DNA of 26,902 nt from a virus. Lineage: Duplodnaviria; Caudoviricetes. Shown here one piece after another: positions 9,485 through 16,839 of the stretch (its first letter is position 1; each line of letters starts with the position of its first letter). The notes under the pieces are model-generated. The model was not told where the DNA came from, made no database searches, and worked only from the letters and a program-made list of their open reading frames with translations. Where the stretch lies: IMG/VR virus record IMGVR_UViG_3300009193_001313, positions 1-26,902 of that record. One strand, given 5' to 3'. A program made the position numbers and the translations under genes.

Positions 9485-9544
9485 CCGGCTAGCTTCCAGG
9501 TGCTTGTCTTAAAGACAGGATAAATCCTCGAAGCAGCCGGACCA
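9485..9544 (+). ncRNA. Candidate 60-nt hairpin RNA with an acceptor-like stem and ACCA 3' end, between the two tRNAs
   Basis: CCGGCT/AGCCGG, bulged A, GCTTC/GAAGC, C-C mismatch, AGG/CCT, apical CTTGTCT/AGACAGG; followed directly by ACCA at 9541-9544. Confidence 0.55.
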
Positions 9545-9561
9545 TAATTAAAAATGTTATT

Positions 9562-9632
9562 TGGGGTATAGTCTAATGGTAGGACACCTGGTTTTGGTCC
9601 AGGCAGTTGAGGTTCGAATCCTTATACCCCAG
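9562..9632 (+). tRNA. tRNA-Gln (UUG)
   Basis: Acceptor TGGGGTA/TACCCCA (U1-A72), anticodon stem CCTGG/CCAGG with TTG at 9594-9596, T loop TTCGAAT, discriminator G. CCA not encoded. Confidence 0.96.
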
Positions 9633-9654
9633 CAAAATTAATAGGAGTTATAAA

Positions 9655-10068
9655 ATGAAAGTTGCTGTAAGTGGTTATTTTGATCCAATACATGTTGGAC
9701 ATATTGAGTATTTAGAGCTAGCAAAAGAGCTAGGCACAGAATTAATTGTTATAGTAAACAATGATCATCAGTGTAAGCTTAAAAAAGGCTCATCATTTAT
9801 GAAACAAGAAGACAGGCTTAAAATTGTTGAGTCACTTAAAGTAGTTGATAAGGCATTTCTTAGCGTTGATAAAGATAAATCAGTTTGTGATTCTGTAGCT
9901 GCAGTAAAGCCTGATATTTTTGCGCAAGGTGGTGATAGAAACTTTGGAGAAGTACCAGAATCATCTATTTGCAAAGATTTAGGAATTAAGATGGTTGATG
10001 GTTTAGGCGGTAAAATAAGAAGCAGTAGTGATTTAACTGGTCTTAATGAAATTAATAAAAATAATTAA
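9655..10068 (+). CDS. Stand-alone HxGH cytidylyl/adenylyltransferase (TagD, RfaE-II or RibL-like)
   Basis: SGYFDPIHVGH, R…IVESLKVVD, KPDIFAQGGD, SSS motif. Start moved to ATG 9655 (AGGAG at 9643-9647) because the longer ORF overlaps tRNA-Gln. Confidence 0.88.
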   Translation: MKVAVSGYFDPIHVGHIEYLELAKELGTELIVIVNNDHQCKLKKGSSFMKQEDRLKIVESLKVVDKAFLSVDKDKSVCDSVAAVKPDIFAQGGDRNFGEVPESSICKDLGIKMVDGLGGKIRSSSDLTGLNEINKNN

Positions 10069-10073
10069 AAAAA

Positions 10074-10107
10074 ATATATATTTTGACAAATATAGAGTAT
10101 ATATATA
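10074..10107 (+). promoter_or_regulatory. Class A repeated upstream motif (contains TTGACA)
   Basis: ATATATAT 10074-10081, TTTTGA 10081-10086, 11 nt, TATATATATA 10098-10107; SD AAGGAG at 10121. Confidence 0.55.
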
Positions 10108-10132
10108 AACAAATGGTTATAAGGAGTAAAAC

Positions 10133-10567
10133 ATGCACGATTGTTATATTGCAAGCGGCTGGTTCAACGAGAACCAAGCACGTGATTTAGAAAACATAAA
10201 AACAGCACTTGATGAGTTAGGTGTAAACTACTTTTCACCGAAAGATGAAATTGTAGCAAAACCAGACGCATCAACTGAAGAACAAGAGATGATATTTAAA
10301 GGAAATGTCGATGCAATAACAGATGGAAAATTTGTTGTTTGCAATACACGTGATAAAGATCTTGGTACAATATTTGAAGCAGGCTTTTCATATGCTTCCA
10401 ACGTACCTATCATTTATTATGCTGAAGGACTGACCGGCAACTTTAATCTTATGTTATCTAGAAGTGGAAGAGCTGTAGCAACCAATATCGATGAATTAAA
10501 AGAACACGTAACAGGAATAATGGAAGACCTAACATATGAAAAAGAATACGTCGGTTTCGTTGAGTGA
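10133..10567 (+). CDS. Nucleoside 2-deoxyribosyltransferase / nucleotide N-glycosidase family protein
   Basis: YIASGWF, YFSP, DLGTIFEAGFSYASNVPII with the catalytic Glu, and FNLML; 144 aa. Confidence 0.85.
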   Translation: MHDCYIASGWFNENQARDLENIKTALDELGVNYFSPKDEIVAKPDASTEEQEMIFKGNVDAITDGKFVVCNTRDKDLGTIFEAGFSYASNVPIIYYAEGLTGNFNLMLSRSGRAVATNIDELKEHVTGIMEDLTYEKEYVGFVE

Positions 10568-11072
10568 TTTTGTAGATGATGTCTACATTTTAAAAGCACT
10601 CACAAGATACAATAATAAATTTAAAATTATAAGCGAAAGTGTTGCAGAACATTCTTATTTTGTTGCTGTACTTACACTTAAATTACACGATGACTATAAT
10701 TTTAATTTGGAAAAAGCACTAAAAATGTCGCTAATACATGACATACCAGAATTACATCTTTCTGATGTTACACATGATGTAAAGCGCAACTTTCCTAAAT
10801 TAGCCGAAGAAGTTGTAAAAGCAGAATACGTTATCATGGAAGAAAGATACCCACAGTGGTATGACACATTTAAACACTTTGAAGACCAAAACTCACCTGA
10901 AGCATTAGCTGTAAAGATGGCAGATAATCTTAGTTGTGTGCAATACGCAACTGCAGAAATGGAACTAGGTAATAAAGGTTATATGAAAGAAGTTGCAACA
11001 AACGCAGCTAAACGTGTCATGCAGTGCGAACAAGATTTACAAAAATACAGGAGAATAGAAAATGCCAATTAA
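10536..11072 (+). CDS. HD-domain deoxynucleotide phosphohydrolase (YfbR/DatZ-like)
   Basis: ESVAEHSY, LIHDIPE…SDV, VKMADNL. Start uncertain (TTG 10560 also possible). Confidence 0.88.
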   Translation: MKKNTSVSLSDFVDDVYILKALTRYNNKFKIISESVAEHSYFVAVLTLKLHDDYNFNLEKALKMSLIHDIPELHLSDVTHDVKRNFPKLAEEVVKAEYVIMEERYPQWYDTFKHFEDQNSPEALAVKMADNLSCVQYATAEMELGNKGYMKEVATNAAKRVMQCEQDLQKYRRIENAN

Positions 11073-12018
11073 TAATGAATTACCGGTAGTTGAACTTCCA
11101 ACTGGATTAGGGTTTAACGAGCCGATAAAAACAGAGTTTCATGATCATCTAGATTCTATAAAGACAAAATTAGTAAGTAGTCCGTCCATAGAAGAATTAA
11201 GAAACTATATACCAGACTTCTGCACAGCTACATGGGCAGAGCAGCCATTCAATAAAGGATCATTATCAGACTATGAAAAAGATAAAATGATCTGGATGCT
11301 TTTTAATGGTAAACTACTACCAACAGCATTTGAAACAATTAATTGTACTTTTACAATTGAAGGTGTTGACACACAATTTGTTACACACTTAATTAGACAC
11401 CGTGCATTTAGTTTTTCAGCACAGTGTACAGGTGATAGGACACAAAGAAACGATGATGCTGTAGTTCCACACGCAATCATAAACTCACCTGAAATGTATG
11501 AAAGGTATAAACAACTAGTAAATGACACTAAACAACTATATGCAGACATGGTTGACACTAAACAAATATCTGTTATGGATGCTAGACATATATTGCCTAA
11601 GTGCTTAAGCACATTCTACTGGGCAAGAGGTAACATAAGAGACGTAATGGCATTTATCAAAACACGCATTGATAAACAAATCCAGCCAACAGAAGATAAT
11701 GTTGTTGCTTATTACATGTGGTTAGAATTAGTAAGAGCTTATCCAATGATAGTTGACTGTATTGATATTCACACACCTGCAAGGTATTACATCTCTACAG
11801 CAAGAACTGGAACAGGCACAAACTTATACTGGCCAGATGAAGACTCTGATCTTTTTGATTACAATGAAGATGACTTCTTATATCAATCTAAACGTGAAGA
11901 TTTAAACGGCACTGATGGTGGAAGAAATACATTTATGGAAATTATTAAAAGTATTGATGATGAGTTAGAGATGTTAAGAAAGCAAGCACATGAAAGGTAT
12001 GACTTTTTACGTGGATAA
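11062..12018 (+). CDS. Divergent ThyX-family (flavin-dependent thymidylate synthase-like) protein
   Basis: AFE…TFTIEGV, HLIRHRAFSFSAQC, DARHILP, NIRDVMAFIKTR follow the ThyX pattern, but RHRx7S has Cys in place of Ser; about 80-aa C-terminal extension. Confidence 0.85.
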   Translation: MPINNELPVVELPTGLGFNEPIKTEFHDHLDSIKTKLVSSPSIEELRNYIPDFCTATWAEQPFNKGSLSDYEKDKMIWMLFNGKLLPTAFETINCTFTIEGVDTQFVTHLIRHRAFSFSAQCTGDRTQRNDDAVVPHAIINSPEMYERYKQLVNDTKQLYADMVDTKQISVMDARHILPKCLSTFYWARGNIRDVMAFIKTRIDKQIQPTEDNVVAYYMWLELVRAYPMIVDCIDIHTPARYYISTARTGTGTNLYWPDEDSDLFDYNEDDFLYQSKREDLNGTDGGRNTFMEIIKSIDDELEMLRKQAHERYDFLRG

Positions 12019-12367
12019 GCTCGAAGAGATATACGAATTACAGAAAAGCTTTACCGAACGGTTCTTTAAAGAAAAGCAAAACTTAACCTTAGAAGAGGTA
12101 AGATCTGATAAAAACAGTTTGGTAAAGTGGAATAAAGAGTACATACTCGCACTGATCGCAGAAGCGACAGAGGTTTTAAACGAAGTCGATTGGAAGATGC
12201 ACAAACAGATGGATCTTCCAAATGACGCAAGAGAAAGACTACTAGAAGAAAGCATAGATGTCCTAAAATTTTTATTAGGACTGATGATTGTAAATGGATT
12301 CAGTATGGATGATATTTATAATATGTTTAAAACAAAATCAAAAGTAGTTGAAAAAAGACTAAAATAA
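11990..12367 (+). CDS. All-alpha NTP pyrophosphatase (dimeric dUTPase / T4 gp56 dCTPase / MazG superfamily)
   Basis: ALIAEATEVLNEVDWKMHK and LLEESIDVLKFL (ExxE…ExxD metal-binding helices), ending K…KR. Confidence 0.82.
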   Translation: MKGMTFYVDKLEEIYELQKSFTERFFKEKQNLTLEEVRSDKNSLVKWNKEYILALIAEATEVLNEVDWKMHKQMDLPNDARERLLEESIDVLKFLLGLMIVNGFSMDDIYNMFKTKSKVVEKRLK

Positions 12368-12404
12368 GCCTTTACGCGTATAGTCTTTTATTGTTAGATT
12401 CTAA
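12366..12404 (+). promoter_or_regulatory. Class B sigma70-like promoter of dnaE
   Basis: AAGCCTTTAC 12366-12375 and TAGATTCTAA 12395-12404. -35 TTTACG, 18-nt spacer, extended -10 TGn-TAGATT. Both 10-mers recur exactly at 16801-16838. Confidence 0.7.
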
Positions 12405-12425
12405 CATAATAACAATAGGAATAGT

Positions 12426-15400
12426 ATGTCATTAAAAAATATTGCACCGCCAGACAGGTTTACTGGTTTACATTCACACACAACTTTTAGTACATTTGAT
12501 GCAATTGGGTATCCTTCTGATCATATCGACTTTATCACTAGTGATGCTCAGGGTGGTGATTCATGGGCGATAACAGACCACGGTAACGGTAATGGTCTAG
12601 GACACGCAAACGCACACTCTGATATTATAAAAAAGTCAGGTAGAGATTACAGACAATTATACGGCGTCGAATTTTATTTTATACCGTCAATAAAGACTTG
12701 GCAGTCACAGTACCAAGCACATCGTGCAGCAGTTCAAGCAGAAAAAGATGCTAAGAAAAAAGAAAAGATGCACAACTCACCTGTAATAATTGATGCAGAA
12801 AAAGAAATTGAAGCAGGCGGTCACATTGTAGAAGATGAAAACGAAACAAAAGAATCTTCAAAAGGCAAACCTGCATGGAAAAGATATTATCATCTTGTTG
12901 TGATTGCTAAAAACAGAAAAGGTCTAACAAATCTCTTCACACTTGTTAAAAAATCATACAAGCACGGATTCTATAGATTTCCTAGAATTGATTTTGAAAT
13001 GTTAAAAGAACACGGTGAAGGTCTTGTTGTTTCAACTGCATGTGTTGGTGGTTTGGCATCTGGAATTATTTATAATGAATTTCAAGATAAGACATTTGAC
13101 CAATTTCATCCAGACTTATTAAATGATCCTTTAAAATATAACACAGTAATGAACAGACTTACTAACATGACAGACTATTTTGTTGACTGTGTCGGACAAG
13201 AAAACTTCTTCTTAGAATTACAATTTAATAAGCTTACAGCACAGCAGATGACAAATAAAATGCTGCTTGATTTATCTAAAAAGACTGGTGTAAAACTAGT
13301 TGCAACTGCAGACTCACATTATCCAACGCCGAATGTTTGGGAAGCTAGAGAATTATACAAAAAATTAGGATGGTTTAGTTCAGATCCTGAAAAGATGAAG
13401 CTCCCAAAAGAAGAAGAGCTTAAATGTTTATTGTATCCTAAAAATGCACAACAAATGTGGCAAGAGTTTACTGATAATTATAATGAATATGATTTCTACA
13501 AAGGCTATGAAACAGATGTTAGAGATGCAATCAATAGAACACATGATATTGCATGGGATCTATGTGAAGATACTTGGATTGATCAATCAGCAAAATTACC
13601 TGTTCATGGTAATACTGAAAAGCCTGCGTTCAATATCTTAGTAGACTTGGTCAAAGAAGGCTTAGTTCGTGAAGGCTTAGACAAAAAACAGGAATATATT
13701 GACAGAGCAAAACAAGAACTTGCAGACATCAAGACATTAGGACATGAATCTTATTTTATCACGATGTATCAGATCTTTGAAAAGTCTTCACAAAAGACGC
13801 TGTTAGGTCCAGGTCGTGGATCAGGTGCAGGTAGTTTGGTTAACTTCTTGTTAGGTATAACACAACTTGACCCTATCGAATATGGTTTACTATGGGCTAG
13901 GTTCTTAGGACCACATAAAGTTTCTTGGCCAGATATTGATACTGATGCAGGCGATCGTAATGTAATGATTGAAGCTTCAAAAGAATTGTATGGTGAAGAA
14001 TCTGTAATACCAGTTTCTAACTTTAACACTCTTAAATTAAAATCATTGTTAAAAGATGTCTCAAAATTTTATAATGTCCCGTTTGCTGATGTAAACAAAC
14101 TATCAGCAGGTTTACAAGAAGAAGTAATGCCTCATGCGCGTGGTGACAATGAAGAGAAATCAATGTTTATGCTTAAACACGAAGACTGTATGGCATATTC
14201 AAAAAGATATAAGACATTCATGGAAAAATATCCAGATGTTGAAAGACAGATTAGCTCTCTATTTCTTCAAAATAGAAGTATTGGAAGACATGCAGGCGGT
14301 GTTATTATCGCACCTGAAAAGGACTTAACAAGCTGTATGCCAATAATATCTGTAAGAGGTGAATTACAAACACCTTGGTCTGAAGGTATGAACGTTAGGA
14401 ATTTAGAGCCAAATGGTTTCTTAAAATTTGATTTCTTAGGATTAACACTTTTAAGAGATGTAGAAAGATGTATTGGACGTATTCTTAAGAAACAAGGAAA
14501 TCCTAATCCATCTTTCTTGGACATAAAAGCTTTCTTTGATAAAAACTTAAACTGTAGAAATGTGAAGATGGAAGACCCAAAGGTGTGGAAACATGTCTAT
14601 GAAGATGGAAGGTTTACAGCAATATTTCAGTTTACAGCAGACGGTGCAAGACGATTTTGTCTTGAGGCAAAACCAACAGACATTGAAACACTAGGCGCAT
14701 TAACTGCAATTTACAGACCTGGTCCTCTTAAGGCAAATGTACATAAGAAATTTGTTCAAGCTAAAAAAGATAAAGATTCTGTTGTTTATGCACATCCTGA
14801 AATTAAAAAAGTTCTTTCACCAACATTTAATCATATTGTTTTCCAAGAACAGTTTATGATGCTAGCACAAAATCTTGCTGGATTTACACCTGGTGAGTCT
14901 GATAAACTTAGGAAAACACTTGTTAAGATGTCTCACGATTCACTTGGTGGTAAGAAGAATGAAAGACAAATAGCAAAAGAAAAGTTTATCAAAGGTGCAA
15001 AAGAATTACATGGGATTAGTGAAAAAGTAACACAAGACTTATGGGAAAGAATCGAAGCATTCTCAACTTACGGATTTAATAAATCACACGCAATAGCTTA
15101 TGCAATAGATTCTTATTACGGCGCATGGTTACATACATACCATGAGGCAGAATGGTTGGCAACAATATTAGATTCTGAAAACAACAATCCTTCAGGTTTG
15201 GCGAAGACAATCTCTGAAATAAAGTCATACGGTTATAGAATTGTTGATGCAGATATTAACTATTCTGGCACACAATGGGAATATTCAACAGAAATAAACG
15301 CATTTGTCCCACCATTATCATCAATCAAAGGTGTCGGAGATGCTGCAATGAATGAAGTGATGACACTAAGGCCGTTTAGAAATATTAAAGAACTATTATA

Positions 15401-16058
15401 TGATTCTGAAGGTAACTGGAGGTGGTCAAAGTTTAATAAGTCAGCAATCAAATCACTTTGTGTTGTTGAAGCATTAGGCTCACTACAGGAATTTGAAGAC
15501 GGTTTGTTAAGCAATCATAACCAATTACTTCACGTACTAACAGATGAAAAGAATTATGATACACTCAGAAAACACAAATCAGGTCTTACAAAAACACAAA
15601 GAAAAAAGTTAGAAAAACAAGGTGAATTTCCAACAGACCATATTGACAGTCTCTTTCCAAAGTATTCAGAAATACCTGATTGGACCAGAATGGAAAAAAT
15701 AGAAAACTATGCGACAATGACTTCAACAGTAAAAAATAATCTAGTATTTCCTGATGAAATGATGGAACAAATTAGAATACATAATGTTCCTTGCGCGATG
15801 AATATTGCTGAAGGATCAAGAGGTCAAGGTTGGTTTTCTGTAATCGATAAGACAAAGAAGAAGTCTAAAAATAACAGAGTATTCTGGAGTCTAAAAATAA
15901 TTGATAATCAAAATAATCAAAAATGGTTAAGAGTTTGGGGAGACTTTAAAGAAGGTAAAGAGCCTGACAAATATACATTTTGTTTGGCTGATATTCACAA
16001 TGATCCGAATTGGGGCATGTCAACAAATGCTGCAAAATTCAAAATAATTAATTTTTAA
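12426..16058 (+). CDS. dnaE: DNA polymerase III alpha subunit (family C)
   Basis: PHP domain (LHSHT…D, ITDHG, GVE, YHL, STAC, ADSH), GPGRGSGAGSLV, catalytic PDIDTD, GRHAGG, LKFDFLGL, YRPGP, YGFNKSHA, SIKGVG. Confidence 0.97.
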   Translation: MSLKNIAPPDRFTGLHSHTTFSTFDAIGYPSDHIDFITSDAQGGDSWAITDHGNGNGLGHANAHSDIIKKSGRDYRQLYGVEFYFIPSIKTWQSQYQAHRAAVQAEKDAKKKEKMHNSPVIIDAEKEIEAGGHIVEDENETKESSKGKPAWKRYYHLVVIAKNRKGLTNLFTLVKKSYKHGFYRFPRIDFEMLKEHGEGLVVSTACVGGLASGIIYNEFQDKTFDQFHPDLLNDPLKYNTVMNRLTNMTDYFVDCVGQENFFLELQFNKLTAQQMTNKMLLDLSKKTGVKLVATADSHYPTPNVWEARELYKKLGWFSSDPEKMKLPKEEELKCLLYPKNAQQMWQEFTDNYNEYDFYKGYETDVRDAINRTHDIAWDLCEDTWIDQSAKLPVHGNTEKPAFNILVDLVKEGLVREGLDKKQEYIDRAKQELADIKTLGHESYFITMYQIFEKSSQKTLLGPGRGSGAGSLVNFLLGITQLDPIEYGLLWARFLGPHKVSWPDIDTDAGDRNVMIEASKELYGEESVIPVSNFNTLKLKSLLKDVSKFYNVPFADVNKLSAGLQEEVMPHARGDNEEKSMFMLKHEDCMAYSKRYKTFMEKYPDVERQISSLFLQNRSIGRHAGGVIIAPEKDLTSCMPIISVRGELQTPWSEGMNVRNLEPNGFLKFDFLGLTLLRDVERCIGRILKKQGNPNPSFLDIKAFFDKNLNCRNVKMEDPKVWKHVYEDGRFTAIFQFTADGARRFCLEAKPTDIETLGALTAIYRPGPLKANVHKKFVQAKKDKDSVVYAHPEIKKVLSPTFNHIVFQEQFMMLAQNLAGFTPGESDKLRKTLVKMSHDSLGGKKNERQIAKEKFIKGAKELHGISEKVTQDLWERIEAFSTYGFNKSHAIAYAIDSYYGAWLHTYHEAEWLATILDSENNNPSGLAKTISEIKSYGYRIVDADINYSGTQWEYSTEINAFVPPLSSIKGVGDAAMNEVMTLRPFRNIKELLYDSEGNWRWSKFNKSAIKSLCVVEALGSLQEFEDGLLSNHNQLLHVLTDEKNYDTLRKHKSGLTKTQRKKLEKQGEFPTDHIDSLFPKYSEIPDWTRMEKIENYATMTSTVKNNLVFPDEMMEQIRIHNVPCAMNIAEGSRGQGWFSVIDKTKKKSKNNRVFWSLKIIDNQNNQKWLRVWGDFKEGKEPDKYTFCLADIHNDPNWGMSTNAAKFKIINF

Positions 16059-16069
16059 TAGAGGATGAA

Positions 16070-16798
16070 ATGGCAGAGAAAGTTTATAAAACAGCGATAG
16101 GTGCTATTCCAAAAATAGTAAACAATTTTAAACCGAGATCAGACAATCAAAAGTTATTTGCAAATAAAATAGGAGACTTCAATCATCAATTAATACTATG
16201 CCACGGAATTGCAGGTACAGGTAAAACATATGTATCAATTTACAAAGCACTTCAAGATGTATTGAGAAGAGGTACACCGTATAAAAAGTTAATAATAATA
16301 AATCCAACAGTTGATGTAGGAAGTGAAGACAGATTAGGATACTTGCCTGGTGAATTAGATAAAAAGATACAACAATACAACGAATCAACATTTACAATAC
16401 TTGATAATATTGTAGGCAAATCAAGGGCTCAAAAACTTGTTGAAGATGGTAAAGTTGAAATTGGTGTTTTAAATTTCCTAAGAGGTGTAAATTTAGAAGA
16501 CTGCTATGTTATTTTAGATGAAGCACAAAATGTATCACCAATGCAGGCAAAAACATTGATGACAAGAATATCACAAAACTGTAAGATGATAATACAGGGT
16601 GATATGTCACAGTGTGATAAGTACAAAACAAACGGTGTCACTAATTATGAGAAGAGTGGATTTTACGATATCTGGTATAGACTAAAAGATGTCAAAGGTG
16701 TTACACATATGAAGTTTAGTAGAGAAGACTGTGTTAGACATCCACTTGTAAAACGTATTCTTAAAACTTATGAAGATGAACATGAAATTAATTTATAA
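16070..16798 (+). CDS. phoH: PhoH-family ATPase
   Basis: GIAGTGKT, LGYLPG, FLRG, ILDEAQN, GDMSQCD, DCVRHPLV. Confidence 0.95.
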   Translation: MAEKVYKTAIGAIPKIVNNFKPRSDNQKLFANKIGDFNHQLILCHGIAGTGKTYVSIYKALQDVLRRGTPYKKLIIINPTVDVGSEDRLGYLPGELDKKIQQYNESTFTILDNIVGKSRAQKLVEDGKVEIGVLNFLRGVNLEDCYVILDEAQNVSPMQAKTLMTRISQNCKMIIQGDMSQCDKYKTNGVTNYEKSGFYDIWYRLKDVKGVTHMKFSREDCVRHPLVKRILKTYEDEHEINL

Positions 16799-16800
16799 AA

Positions 16801-16838
16801 AAGCCTTTACTTTGTCACAGAAAAGGGCTAGATTCTAA
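16801..16838 (+). promoter_or_regulatory. Class B sigma70-like promoter, probably giving a leaderless mRNA
   Basis: AAGCCTTTAC 16801-16810 and TAGATTCTAA 16829-16838. -35 TTTACT, 17-nt spacer, -10 TAGATT; only 5 nt separate it from ATG 16840. Confidence 0.7.
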
Positions 16839-16839
16839 T

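Noticed and set aside
9485-9544. Third tRNA or intrinsic terminator between the two tRNAs
   Set aside because: No cloverleaf or T-loop and no U-tract on the + strand; kept only as a candidate tRNA-like hairpin.
9607-9654. N-terminal extension of the nucleotidyltransferase ORF
   Set aside because: It overlaps tRNA-Gln, and the SD supports ATG 9655. Similar over-long starts at 2104, 18768, 21784 and 23060 were trimmed.
10536-12367. 2-aminoadenine (Z-genome) system suggested by HD plus MazG-like genes
   Set aside because: No PurZ/PurA homologue in the window and the neighbouring enzymes point to pyrimidines. It cannot be excluded elsewhere in the genome.
1047-16058. Inteins or self-splicing introns in recA, helicase, nrdJ or dnaE
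   Set aside because: ORFs are continuous and of normal length, with no intein termini or homing-endonuclease motifs noticed.
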